DNA of 64,000 bases. It comes from Mytilus edulis (Eukaryota). This document shows, in pieces, positions 25,783 through 39,361 of this stretch. Location of the stretch: assembly GCF_963676685.1 (NCBI RefSeq), contig NC_092353.1, positions 9,424,001 to 9,488,000 of the forward strand, written 5' to 3'. Positions within the stretch are counted from its first letter, which is position 1, and every line of letters begins with the position of its first letter. The position numbers were made by a program, and so were the translations under genes. Under the pieces are notes generated by a model. The model did no database searches. It worked only from the letters and a program-made list of their open reading frames with translations, and was not told the DNA's origin.

Positions 25783-27617
25783 TAGTAGAGTGGACACTTA
25801 TGGTTGTGGCTGGTGTCAACAAATTTGAATTACAGTTAAATCAGTAATCACTGAGGTAATCGTAATTTACCTTACAAATTCTCACCCACTTCTATCCCAA
25901 ATAATTCTATCATTTCCCCTTCTTTTCGATGCATGGTTACTTGGAGTGACTGGAATAATCGGGTTAACTGCTCCCTATTTGTACAGGTATTCTGAAAAAC
26001 GTAGAACACACGAAAACATAATAAGTAGAAACACAGACAACAACAAGGTCAAATGAAAAGGGAAAAAAAGACAACAAAAACACAATCTAAAAAAAACCAT
26101 TACACAGAAAACAATTAATCAAACAGAACCACACTCGAACCCGGAAGAGTTAACAATTGTAACTGCTCTATTATTGACGTGGAGTGTTACTCCTGTTTAA
26201 ATTCGCTGGTCATCACACAAAAAGGGGACGGGAAATGCATTTATAAACCATTGGTTTCTGTTGGTTTCTGTAAATTCTCATATCCTAATGCTCGACCATA
26301 TTTCAAACTTAAAAAAACACACTGTAATGTAAATGACATAGACAAGACCATACCGATATAAGGAAACAATGCAGTAAATGTAAATGACATAGCCACAGAA
26401 GAAATAAAGAAGAAAAAAACCAAAGCAAAAAAAACAACTGATGGGTTATCCTGCTATAAGTTATCTAACATAGAAACGTAGGCATTGTTAGTGCCAAAAC
26501 GAGTAAAAGATTATCTCGTTCTTCTTTGGCTGAAATTTCAACAACAACAAAAACATGATATAACTCCACTTATGTTTCGATGTTCTTTTATAGTAAATGA
26601 TATAAACTAAGAGGAACAGAAAAGTCTCAAAACAACATGAATATTTGTTTCACCATTTTGCCAACTGCATCGCTCTGTATGCATGGAAGTTTTAAATGAT
26701 AAAACCCTTCTACATCTGTTATTTAAGCAAGCGAGCACTAATATCCTAAAATATTATTCATGAAAATACGTGAGCAACAATAAGGGCGGTTTGTGGTTTA
26801 ACCAAAACGATAGCTTACATTACGCTTTCTATAAATGTTATTTTGATCAGGTAGAGTATTTGTAAATTGGGCATACACTAATGCATTGTAGAATTAGATT
26901 TAATCTATTGAATTTCAATTTAAAAGTAATGTTAAATCTTTCAGACTTTTTATGAGTATTTGAATTTGAAATTGATGTTTATATTAAAGTTCAATTAACA
27001 CCTTCTTCTTGAAAGTACCTGCCAATTGGAAACAAAATACGCAGTCAGGGTTTTAATATAAATTCGTACAAAGGTATAGATGTTTATTCATAGTATTTAC
27101 AATAAATATGCGTTTAAAATTCATATTAAAAAGCTTGGATTGTCTGAAACAGATATTCAGTAAAATTTATGTCATAACGCCTGATAATTTGATATCGAAA
27201 GTAGAAGTCTTCAAATTCGCAAGTTTACGGTATTCATTAATATGTGTCATGATGCAAGGCGTTTCGGTCATAAACCTTTCGAGCACGAGTATCTTTCTTA
27301 GACTCAGAAATAAACCAATCGAATTATTAAATTTTGTGTGTTCGAGCACAAAAGTACTCCGTGTAATAAGTTTTTTTTTTATTATTTATTTTTCGAGTTA
27401 AGAACTCCTTTAAAATTTATTTTCCTACTTGTGTCGTTTCCACAAACTTGTTGTATTTTTTGTGTTTGTCGTTTCCACAAACTCTCTGTATCTTTTGTGT
27501 TTGTTTTTATGCTTTACATCATATTACTTAGTGTACAGGAACAGGATAGAACTATCCTTCCAGAACACCTGAATACACACTAAGTAGACAGCGGAATTCT
27601 AGTTGTTCAAACTTAGT

Positions 27618-27648
<31 letters not shown>

Positions 27649-30600
27649 TTAGAGTTTATTGGGTTTTTTGTCTTTGTTTACCATGATGTGTGTCTAAAAG
27701 TAAAGTGAAATATACAAAATAAGGTCACAAATGAATTAGATATTGGTGCATACAGGCTTTAATTAGAATATTTAATTCAATAATTGTATGAAATTCCAAT
27801 GTCTTTTTATATTCAAGCACGAAAAGTCGTAGTTAATTGACAATTAATAAACATGACAAATATTCTCGGTATTATGGTCTACTTATTTTTACATTTTTAA
27901 ACAGAAATTCTAAGGTGTCTAAGATTTTTTTATTTAATATTGAACCAATTAATCTAATTAGTGTAATTATTTCAGTCGTATTTATTGACCATATTTGACG
28001 TATAGATAACATATAACGGTAAATGCTTCGGTGGATTTGAAATTTAAAAAGAAGTTTAAATCTCTATGTACAATTTAGAACCCTTTCCGTCAGTTTTTGT
28101 TCAGATAGAAAGTAATACTTTAAATCACATTTGTTGACAAAACTTTAGGACGATTGATTAGTGATTTTTCGCGCTCATTGATCAATCATTACAAATCGAT
28201 AATACAACGACGACTTCTGTTGTGAAATCGGATATATTTAAGATTCGATTTATTTCTGATGTTAATATTTTAGTAGTTCACAGTTATACATATGCAGGAT
28301 TAAACGTTCGTTTTAAGACATTTAAATCGAGAGGTATGTACATGTAAGTTATGGTATATTTTTTTCCAGTATATACGATTTAAGAATGATTTTATAAAGT
28401 ATCCTAAGATTAAGTCTAGCCTGGAACAAATCTTTTATCCAGAACACGTGGCTTTGTAAGTACTTGTGGTTATGCATGTTGTTATGTATGTCTTTAATCC
28501 GTTCATTCCTTTTGACTTATCAATTTATCATTATACCGTTTAGTCTTTTTACCACTTCACTTATTTACTTCAATTGTAATAGGAAAAATGGAAGTTCAAA
28601 AATTATTTGGTCCAATTGCGTTGAAAAATAATGTCGTCTTTAAACTGTTAAAATCACGGAACAAATATTTTCCCAGTTTTCAAAATGTATTTTACACTAC
28701 AAACTGAAATTGTATATTTAGTGAATTAAAGCATGATACACAGTGGTAGCTAAACCCGATTGATTGGGTTTACACTAGTCATTTTTGGGGCCCTTTTATA
28801 GCTTGCTGTTCGGTGTGATGAGCCAAGGCTCGTGTTGAAGACCGTATTTTGACCTATAATGGTTTACTTTCAAGTTGTAACTTGAATGGAGAGTTGTCTC
28901 ATTGGCACTCATACAACATCTCCTTATATCTATTGTGATGCAGGGTGGCTGATTCATTTCTGTACATCCTTTTATTCATCAACAAGAAGGGAGCTTTTAT
29001 CTATCATTACAGACAACATGTCAACCTCCATATGTCTGTTCTGGTTGTGTTCTCGGTGTTCTGTTTCGTTGAACTTTACTTTACATCTAATTGCATTGTA
29101 TATTGAAACAATATGTTAATTTTTCTTCCTTTATATTTTGCACATAATTACCCATATTATTTTTTTTATGAATTCGTCTATGATCAAGCAGTGTTTTTAA
29201 ATTTATGACAAGGAACAAAATGCCAAAATATGTTATGAATATTTTGATTTCTAGGTTATTAAAAATTGAAACTTTTGTATAATATTTACATCTACTTTAA
29301 CCATCGTATTAGAAAATACATTGTGTTCATGTAGAATTTATGCGAATTTTGAAGTAGTAATTTTTGAACTAAAAATAGTTTGTAACTCTATCACCAAGTT
29401 TTTAACAACAATCGTTGACGAATTGCAAATCTGTCTTATCTACACATAACGAGAATGGTCGTTGCCTTCGTCTGTTGTTTTCTCTGTTGTTTTCTTTAAA
29501 ATCATATATGTTTTCCCTGTCTTCATGGAGTGTTTTTTCAATGACAATTAAATAGTTCTCGAACTTGATATGCAAAGCATAATTTATATGTACGGCACTA
29601 GAATATTAATGAAATTCATTTAAGGCATTAGCAACATGAAGGTCATTGCTTTCAAAGTGATTTCACACGTTTTAACTGTAATCTGTTTTGGTCCAATTAT
29701 CAAAAGTCATCCTATGTATTATTTCATTTTTTTTTCATTATTTTATATTGAATGACTCTAGACACTGTTGTGTGTCCAATAAATAAATTCAGTAATATAG
29801 AGATTGTACAACATGTTTGATCTTAGCCAGATTACTCCATTCCTGTTTTGACTTTATTCCAACCTGGGACTAAACAAGCATTTATCTACCAATATTACAT
29901 TGAAAAAGTTGTCACTTATCGGCAAATTATTTTGGAAACGTCAATAAATTTCCCTTGAGTGATAAAGAACTTACATTTATTTCTTTTTACTTTTAGGGGT
30001 TTACTTATCTTCAATCAGACGTGTATAACGAATGTCTTTGTACTGTTTGAATTGAAGTTTGAACAGTTTGAATTTCTATCAATATTATCGCTATCCCATT
30101 AATCATTCGACTTTTTAACAGATCCAATACTAGAAATACGAGTTGAATACATATTTCCAAACATCTTTTCAGTCAACGATACATAATTTTACAGTATTTA
30201 AAACAAAATAATTGAACTCTGTGAAAAGATCTGTCAGCTTATTACGCTATACATTATATGTGTGCTGGCTTTTATATCAGATTTTACATCAATTGAACAG
30301 TTGGTATAGTCACATTTTACTGATCTTTACTGTATGTACAACTGATTTACATAAAGAATATTCGACTGAATACCCTTTTATGTGTTTAACCTTACTTAGA
30401 CACCACTTTATAGTCGTTTTCAAGTTTACTGAGACAGCATAGGTGATCTATGGGTGATCCTTTCCATGTAGGCTTACATCGTTTATGATACGGTGGCTAA
30501 CATTACTTTTGTACCAGGAAAAGTGAAACATTGCTTTTGAATAGAAAATAATTGCAATTGTTTTATGTATATTACATTGAGGTTTGCTATGCCTACCATA

Positions 30601-33600
30601 TGTAAGTGGTCATTATATGTGTTTCGGTCTGTCCGTCCGTCCGTTTCAATTTTCATGATACATAGCCTAACATCAAGGTGACGTGGAAGACATATATACA
30701 AATGAAATTTATGTTTTAAAATATATATATGCAGAATTTACGGTTCTGACACAGATAAAATGGCTCATGATTATAAGTTCAATAGTTGTATCAGGGCAAA
30801 ATGTCCGATAGACATATGTTCTTGTTCATTTTAAATTTTCATTAGCGTCTGTATATCATATAATATTTTGCATTGTCACTTTTTAAGACACTTTTTTTAA
30901 TAAATATTTTTTTAAATGGTTGTATACAATTACATATGAGCTAATGAATACTAATAAGATCTAATAAATGTAATATAAAGCTAGTCTAAGAATATTTTAG
31001 AAATTTCGATTTTAAAAAAGTGAATTGCCTGCTTTGGTTCCTCAATAATAGTTTGTAATTATAAAACATTTAAGCTATTGATATTTATTTAATATTTTCT
31101 TCAAAGACCAATTTTTAATTTACTCCAAAAGGTGTAAAAAGAATGAATTAAAAATAATTGGATAATTTTTACATTCATTTGTACAACCCTGAGAAACTTT
31201 TATGATAAAGGATGAGAAATTTAATAAAAACCTTTAAATTCAGCAATTTAAAAAATATTTAAAGAACTATAGTTAAGGGCATACATATCAGACGTATTGC
31301 GACGAAGATTTATGCTGTGCAATAAAATGCCAATTCAGATAATAAATAAAACACAGCATAAACATTTGTGAATTATAAATGTCAACGGATTATATATATG
31401 TAGTACACTATACAGCTAAGACACACTTCACAACAAGTACCTATGAAGTATGCTTTAGTTCAAATAAATACATTTGAATAGTCTGTATTTTATATTGTTT
31501 AATTCTACTACAGTGCTAATGACCTTGTCATTCAATTGGTGCACTTCTATATTGTTAGCGACATGTGCTTGCTAAAAAGTTCTCGAATTTTTATCATGAT
31601 TTACAGTTTTGTTTAAATATCAAATCGAAAAGATATTGGAAAGGTTCGCATATAAAACTCTTAATGCTTGAAAAGCCGACTTAAATAAAGAAAAAGAAAA
31701 GGCCCTCAGTATGATGCATGTGAAGGACACGATGTCCTTGAAGTAATACATGCGAATAATAAAACCCCGACAAAATAATATTACCACGTCCAATGTGAAA
31801 TTGTGAATATATTATTGTTGTGTAAATGTTATGTTTTGCATGTTTTATAGAGAGAAAAAAACATAAACGGTTCATCAAATAAATAAGAATGATTTCCGGA
31901 AGAGCACAGTTAATTTTGAGTTTATGCGGCATTGTATTGACAATGTAAGCAAGGCTTCAACTAGTATGATCTAGTATCAATTGCATTAAAAACAAATGAG
32001 TTTGCACCTCCTGTTCGGCAATTCATGTTTCTAATATAAGAAGAAGTTTTTAAAATTCAATGCATTTGATGTTTTCAGTCTAAGTTTGTCTTCTTTTGCT
32101 TTTTTCTTAACTTCTTTATTAAGCTCTGAGTATTCTATTTGTAGCTTTGTACTTTCAACCTTTCTGATCTTGTCTAATTGCACTTACTTTTCGTTAATCT
32201 GCTTTTTTCTATAACATTCCAGATTTATATCTGAAATCCACATTCTCCTTATCCTGTCTCATATTCCAAGTACATTAGCAGCCGTATCACTAAAAATAGT
32301 TTTTACTTTGTTCCAATGTTCATTTAGACCAAGACCAATGTTACCGCTGTTTTCACTGATATTTTGTAATGTTTAATATTGGTTTCTTTAGCTGATGTTA
32401 ATTTGTTTGTCTTATCTGGTTGTCTTTTTTTGTTTTATCGGGTTGTCTTTAAGGCGTAGGATGTTATATGCTTTACTGTTATGTTGTGGTCTGACTACTT
32501 TTCTCAGTTTAAGTTTTATCTTTACAAGTAGACAAGGTGATGGTCACTTCCACAATCTGCTCCTCTTAATAATTATTGTGTGTACATATGTACTTTCATT
32601 GATCTTCAATCTGTCGATAACTGTTTTATTTGCATTGTATAAGGACATGTTTTTCCCTGTCTGTTTATGACGTCTTTATACTAAATCCATTGGAAGTTGG
32701 ATGTGTACTGATTGATATTAAAGTTTTAGATGCATGATTTTCTTGTCTGTTGTTATTGGATATGAACTAGCTGTCAGTAACTGCGAGTACTCTCAGATCT
32801 GAACTTAGTGTCTTTTTGTTGTTGGGATGTACAAGTACTAGGCCACGTCCAATCTGTTTGGTTTTTTTTGTGTTTTTTGTACATGTATTTCTATTTGAAT
32901 CTCTTTGATGAGTGAAGATTTTTTCAACTGATTGTTATAGTTCGTCTTATGTTGTACTGTTACATCACTGTCCCAGGTTAGGGTGAAGGTTGTGGTCTTT
33001 TGGGAAGAGTTGTCTCATTGGCAAGCATACCACATCTTCTTTTTATATATACTAGTACAAAAGACAACAATAAAGCACATAATATAGAAGCAATAATTTA
33101 CACAACACATAATGCGGTCCCCGAACCCTCCCTCTAGGTTTGTTTAAAGTATATATTGTATAGCAATTATTCACTGAGGTCTGTTTTACAAATGAAAATT
33201 ATTCTGTAAGTATCATCTGTTAAATTGACCAAAACAAACATAGTATTACCGTGTAAGTATATCTATTATATATTATAGCTAAATTATTTTAAATCTTCAA
33301 AATTTTAAACGTAAACAAGCAATCAATTATACATTTGTAAAGTACAATATCTTCTTGAATTGTAGTCAGTGAAAGGGAAAAGTATAACTTTGACATTCGT
33401 GTGTTGTCTACGAGTTGTTTATACATGTATGTTGATTTTATCTTTTGAGTGACATTTTCCCTAGCGAAAATGTCTGCACTTAAAGTTAATTGCTATGATT
33501 AAAACCGACTCAATATATAACGTTCTATTGTTATATTATGTTACAATAGTATTGTTTATTGGTAATATTTTCATTTAGGAATTTAATAAGGCTTCTTTTA

Positions 33601-34763
33601 TTGTTTGACTGTCAGTCAGGGCGTTCTAGTTAGAGAGTATATTAACTGTCAAGTTTGTAGACTTTACCACTCATAATTTCATTGTTAATTTCAAGGTTAT
33701 CGAAATGTTTTCAAATATCTAATGTTTACGTTTTTGAAAAACTCAGTATGCTTTCAGAATTGAAATGCAACACAAACGATTATATTAACAGTGGTTGCAA
33801 ATGTGTTTGTTTTTTTTTTTCAAATGTGAAAATTTTCTTTTTCAAGTTCTGACTTATATAAACAAATGTAGCCTGGTCACTCTATCCTTTTCGTATATTT
33901 TCATACAACTTGGGCGCATGTAAAATTGAAATTGATAAAACTACATGTATCATTAGTTTTCGTCTGGATAACAAGTGGTTTAGACATTAAGACAAGAATC
34001 TGCCTTCTGTGAGAAGCGACACCCTTGCAATAATGGTACGTTTGTTTGGCAATAAATAAACAATGTGGTTTTCAAGCATCAAGTTTATTACCTGTATTGC
34101 TGGTTCTACTTACGGTAAAGACAATTTGACTAAGGAATCATTTGTTACTGTTTAGGCCTTTTGGTTTTGATGTATTATTTATTTGCTTCTTGATCTTGGT
34201 TACATAAACATTGATTTAACGTGTTCCCCTAAAATACGAGTGAAAATGTATCTTTCCTGCGTATTTTCATCGGCACTGCCATATAAAATTCATACAAAGT
34301 AACATGATATGTTGACTATAATGACTGCATCTATCGATTGTACTTAACTAAAGTATGTCACAAAGTATGTTTTGTCTGCTGCATGTCAGGTTGTAGAATT
34401 TTTTTATGCGTGTAGGATTCGAATTAAAAGTTTACAGCAAAAGATATAATTTAAGCTTTCCAATTGTGAATCTTATATTTCTATGTACCAACATTACAAT
34501 ATATAGCATCTGCATATAGAGTTATAACACGTTGATATGATAGAGCTTGCGTTTGCTATTATGATATTTTTCTGATAGGCTGCTTATAACATTGATGCTA
34601 TTTTCAAATATTCAAACAAGTAAAGATGAGGTCATTCTGTCGAATATTGTGGACATCATTGTGATTTAATTGACCGAGTTCGAATATCTGTATTATAGAT
34701 GACCATTGATATTTTACAATTATGTAGCCACAATATTTTTCCCCGATTTGAAAGCAATTGACT

Positions 34764-35238
34764 TTTCACTCATCATACTCAATACAATGTTTCACTCATC
34801 AAACTCAATACAATGTTTCACTCATCATACTCAATACAATGTTTCACTCATCATACTCAATACAATGTTTCACTCATCATACGTAATACAATGTTTCACT
34901 CATCATACTCAATACAATGTTTCACTCATCATACTCAATACAATGTTTCACTCATCATACGCAATACAATGTTTCACTCATCATACGCAATACAATGTTT
35001 CACTCATCATACTCAATACAATGTTTCACTCATCATACTCAATACAATGTTTCACTCATCATACTCAATACAATGTTTCACTCATCATACTCAATACAAT
35101 GTTTCACTCATCATACGCAATACAATGTTTCACTCATCATACTCAATACAATGTTTCACTCATCATACTCAATACAATGTTTCACTCATCATACGCAATA
35201 CAATGTTTCACTCATCATACTCAATACAATGTTTCACT
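34764..35238. repeat. 26-bp minisatellite, ~18 near-perfect copies (TTTCACTCATCATACTCAATACAATG)
   Basis: Directly visible; variation is almost limited to ACTCAA/ACGCAA. Confidence 0.97.
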
Positions 35239-35696
35239 AGTTGAGTTAGATTTATAAGGATCTATAGTGTGGTTGTGTATATTAATCAGATACATTATAG
35301 TTTGACTTTGTCCTTCATCTTCCAGATTTTAAATTACTTATGCTATATGTATATGTGGATTTTACAAATGAAATGTTGTCTTTTATCAGGTGTAAAGTTA
35401 CGTTTCATTTTGACGTTTCAATTGATAATCTGTCATGATTGTGACACGATTTTGCTAAAACAATTGAAGTTACCATGCTTTTGAAAGAATTTAAATTTCA
35501 AATTATTAATAATATTCAGAGATTATTGCAAATAAAGTATATTATGACAAGTTAAGATTTCTATGCATAGTTATAAATGTTTGAATAGACAAGAAGGGAT
35601 ATAGGTTATTAAGTATCTATACAAAGTCCTACACGACCCGGGATTAACTGAAAACGAAGTTGTGATTCCTGCTCATCAAAACAGCAGTGAATATAA

Positions 35697-36140
35697 AAAA
35701 GAAGATGTGGTATGATTGCCAATGAGACAACTCTCCACAAGAGACCAAATGACACAGACATTAACCATTATAGGTCACCGTACGGCCTTCAACAATGAGC
35801 AAAGCCCATATCGCATATAGTCAGCTACAAAAGGCCCCGAAATGACAAATGAAAAACAATTCATACGAGAAAACTAATGGCCTAATTTAAGTACAAAAAA
35901 TAAACTAAAAACAGTATAAACACATCAACAAACGACATTCACTGAATTACAGGCTCTTGAATTGGAACAGGCACATGCATACATAATCTTGTTCGGTTAA
36001 AGATGCTAGCGGGATCCCAACCCTCGCTTAACCTGGGACAGCGGTGAAACAGTACAACGTAAGAACAAACTATAAAAATCAGTTGAAAAAGGCTTAGTTC
36101 ATCAGATGGATACAAATACAAATGCTGCACAGAAGTCTGC
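35697..36140. repeat. Longer copy of the dispersed host repeat (inverted relative at 32660-33045)
   Basis: Shared blocks include AACCTGGGACAG.GGTG.AACAGTACAAC.TAAGA and GAAGATGTGGTATG.TTGCCAATGAGACAACTCT. Confidence 0.7.
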
Positions 36141-36267
36141 AAGACTATCGTTAGCTCAAATCATTACCTCATTGCAAGTGCAAGACCGCTTCAAGTCCGG
36201 TTTGAGCAGATTTCGATTAGATCTTTTATGACCTGACATCTTACATGCAAATCTTTTCGTTCTGTTG

Positions 36268-37050
36268 TCTTTCTGAAGATTCAATGTGTATATTGATGAC
36301 AGTTGCGCTAAGGATTCAGTTTTAACAGATGTCATTTTCTCTGAGGATTCAGTGTGAATCGATGACAGTTTTTCTGAAGATTCAGTGTAAACTGATGTCA
36401 ATTTCTCTGAAGATTCAGTGTGACCTGATGCCAGTTTCTCTTAAGATTTAGTGTAACTAATGTCGGTTTCTCTGAAGATTCAGTGTGAATTGATGACAGT
36501 TTCTCTGACGATTCGATGTGAACTGATGACAGTTTCTCTGAAGGTGCAATGTGAGCTGACAACAGTTTATATGAGTGTGATCTGATTATAGTTTCTCTGA
36601 AGAATTAGTGTGAACTGATCACAGTTTCTATAAAGATTCCGTGTGAATTGATGTCAGTTTCTCTGAAGAATCAGTGTGAACCGATGACAGTTTCGCTTAA
36701 GTTTCAGTGTGAATTGATGACAGTTTCTACAAAGATTCAGTGTAAACTGATGTCAGTTTCTCTAAAGTTTCAGTTTGAACTGATGTCAGTTTCTCTGAAG
36801 TTTCAGTGTGAACTAATGAAAGTTTCTCTGAAGGTTCAGTGTGAGCTGATGACAGTTTCTATAAAGATTCAGTGTGAACTGATTTAAGTTTATCTGACGT
36901 TCCAGTGTGAACTGATGACAGTTTCTATGTAGATTCAATGTGAACTGATGAAAGTTTCTCCGAAGATTCAGTGTGAACTGATGATAGTTTTTTGGAAGAT
37001 CCAATAGGTTTTTTAAGAAGGTATTCTTAAAATTCAGTGTGAACGTACGC
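36268..37050. repeat. 33-bp degenerate minisatellite, ~23 copies (ACTGATGACAGTTTCTCTGAAGATTCAGTGTGA), decaying to ~37310
   Basis: The periodicity is visible, and the 11-aa-repeat ORFs are by-products. Confidence 0.9.
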
Positions 37051-39361
37051 ATTACATTTGTTTTCCAAAAATGTGTGTATAATTAATAACAGTTTTGTGA
37101 AGAATCAGTGTGTATAAAAAAAAGATTCTGAAAAATTACTGTAACAATCTTTTCCTGCACTTTGATTTATACTTTTAAATTGTTTTTTTCTGAAGATTCA
37201 GTGTGCATTGATTTGGTTTTGTTTCCTAAACATTAATTGTGTTTTGAAATTTGTAATAGTTTTTATACAAGACTCAGTGTGATTTGATGACAGTTTTTCA
37301 CAAGATTCAATGTTGTCTAATAACAGTTATGATTGTTTTAATGAAAGCTACAAATCTTGAAAAGAAAAAAAAACTGTTGGAATTTATTTTCAAAATCAAT
37401 AAGAATATATTATAAAATACTTTAACGAATCTGTTCAATTGTTTAAATGACGTTGTACTTTTAAAAGTCAACCATTAAGTCAAAACAAACCCTTGTGTAA
37501 ATAAACGCATTTAATATCCCAATTTCAAAATGAGAAACTTTTATTTATTACGTCTGTTTCTTTACGCAAGGCTTAGTTGTATAAAAGCTTTCAGAACTTT
37601 AAGTACGAAGTCTACAAGCACTTAAATAGGACCTTTCTAGTAATCCTTCACCAAATACCGTCCTGCACTGAATAACACTGCACATTCAACGGAACAATAT
37701 TTTTTTCATATTGATGAAAAGCGATATAGATTTCATAAGTGTATTCTTATTGTAGTCATAAAAAAATTTCACCACAACATAACTACATACACAAGACGCT
37801 CTAAGTACCGTGGTATTTTTTGAGTCGTGAATTCAGTATAGAGACAACGGTGATCTAAAATTCCAAGAGACAATCAACATAAGATACAATGTACATCAAG
37901 GACCAACGAATGTGGTCAAAACTTTGGACGAATAAATACTGATTTGACTTTTTAAACTGTTATGATTTGAGCGTCACGACAAGTCTTGAGCAGAAGAACT
38001 TACGACTAGTGTACTAAATTATAAAGGTAGAATCTTTTGGCTACAAATGAATACCGAACTGTTAAACCATCCTAAATAAGTGGTAAGATACTGGAACCCA
38101 AACATTGTAGTGTATCTTACCTCTTATACATTTCTAGGAATATGATTGGTTAAAAGCGCCCTCCATGAGACGTTGTATATTTGATATTAGGTTAGTAGGG
38201 AGGCTTATTTATACACAGTCAAAGATTGTAGTGTATGCGTTTTTAACAAGACAATCCATGAAAACTGACTTAAATAATTCATTTCCTAGTGAATAGACAA
38301 TGCAGGCGAATGAATGAGTTGCTTTTTTCTTTCAATAGTAAATAGTAAATCGTGAAACTTAACGTATACTTCTATTAGATAATCATGGGTCAAAGCAATT
38401 AAGTCTGTCTTATACCTTTCGACAAGTCCATCAAACTATTATTATAGTATCATCTGTACGGAAATATTACATACCATTTAATTTACAAAGAGAAATAAAA
38501 CGTTTACAAGTATCACACGTGTCAATAATTCTGTTAGTATTGAATCAACACCTTTGATATGGTTCACCAATATTTGATTTGATTGATTGATCCGTCAATA
38601 GTCTGATTAGCAGACAATACACAAGTACATATCAACATAGGGTTGTATTTACTGTGAACAAATAATGTTTTCCTTATCTCTGCAGGTATAACTAATGTAA
38701 TCTTGGGTGGTTTGAGATTGTCTACATTATATAGCAAATAAAACTGCTGGGTTTACATGACATATTAGTAGAAAATACATTCGGCAAACACTGTAGAAGT
38801 GGGTTATATTTCTGATTCGAGTTGTGAACCGTATTTTGACTTTTTTGTAAAAAACAATTAAATGAAACGTTGTATCTTTATTACATTTGTTGTTTCTTAT
38901 ATAATTGTCCCCAAGGGTGAGCTAGGAATATTAGGATCAATCTGGTGTTCTCCAACCATCAGTAAAACCCCTATCCAAGCGGTACGTCCTTTTGACTTTA
39001 GGGATGTGCAAGTACGCAGACACGTCCGGTTATAATGGAGACGAACATTCGATGACATGCTCTCTACCAGTAAATAACATTTCAAAAACTCGTTGAGCGG
39101 TCCGTAGGTGGCCTGTTATGCAAAATATCTCCTAATCCAAAATACCCTTATTTTCCCGTAAGGTCTGATGAATTTAAAAAAAAAAACATGCTTATTCTTA
39201 TTGTGTATACTGTTGGAAAACTTTTTTATTGTCAGCAGAAACTATGAATATCTATCTAGTGTACAATATGTAGGAAATATAACGAAGGACCAAATTAATA
39301 GATTTAGTCTTTAAGGAAAAGTAAACAGAAAGACGGACCTGACCATTGGAGTCACACGAGT

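Noticed and set aside
25868-25992. Possible isolated minus-strand exon with good-looking splice sites
   Set aside because: All three frames contain stops and no partner exons were found; no host gene could be supported in 17-44 kb.
34706-35257. Three overlapping repeat ORFs
   Set aside because: The 26-bp unit lacks stops in all + frames, so this is an artefact of the tandem repeat.
36268-37050. CTGATGA in the 33-bp repeat as a tandem hammerhead ribozyme
   Set aside because: CTGATGA is followed by a short CAG/CTG stem but then GAAG/AAG, not GAAA. I could not build stems I and III with a cleavage triplet.
37965-38025. Remnant resembling a hammerhead-bearing host repeat (also ~18057-18110)
   Set aside because: The CTGATGA and GAAA cores are mutated, and the similarity is from memory only, too weak to call.
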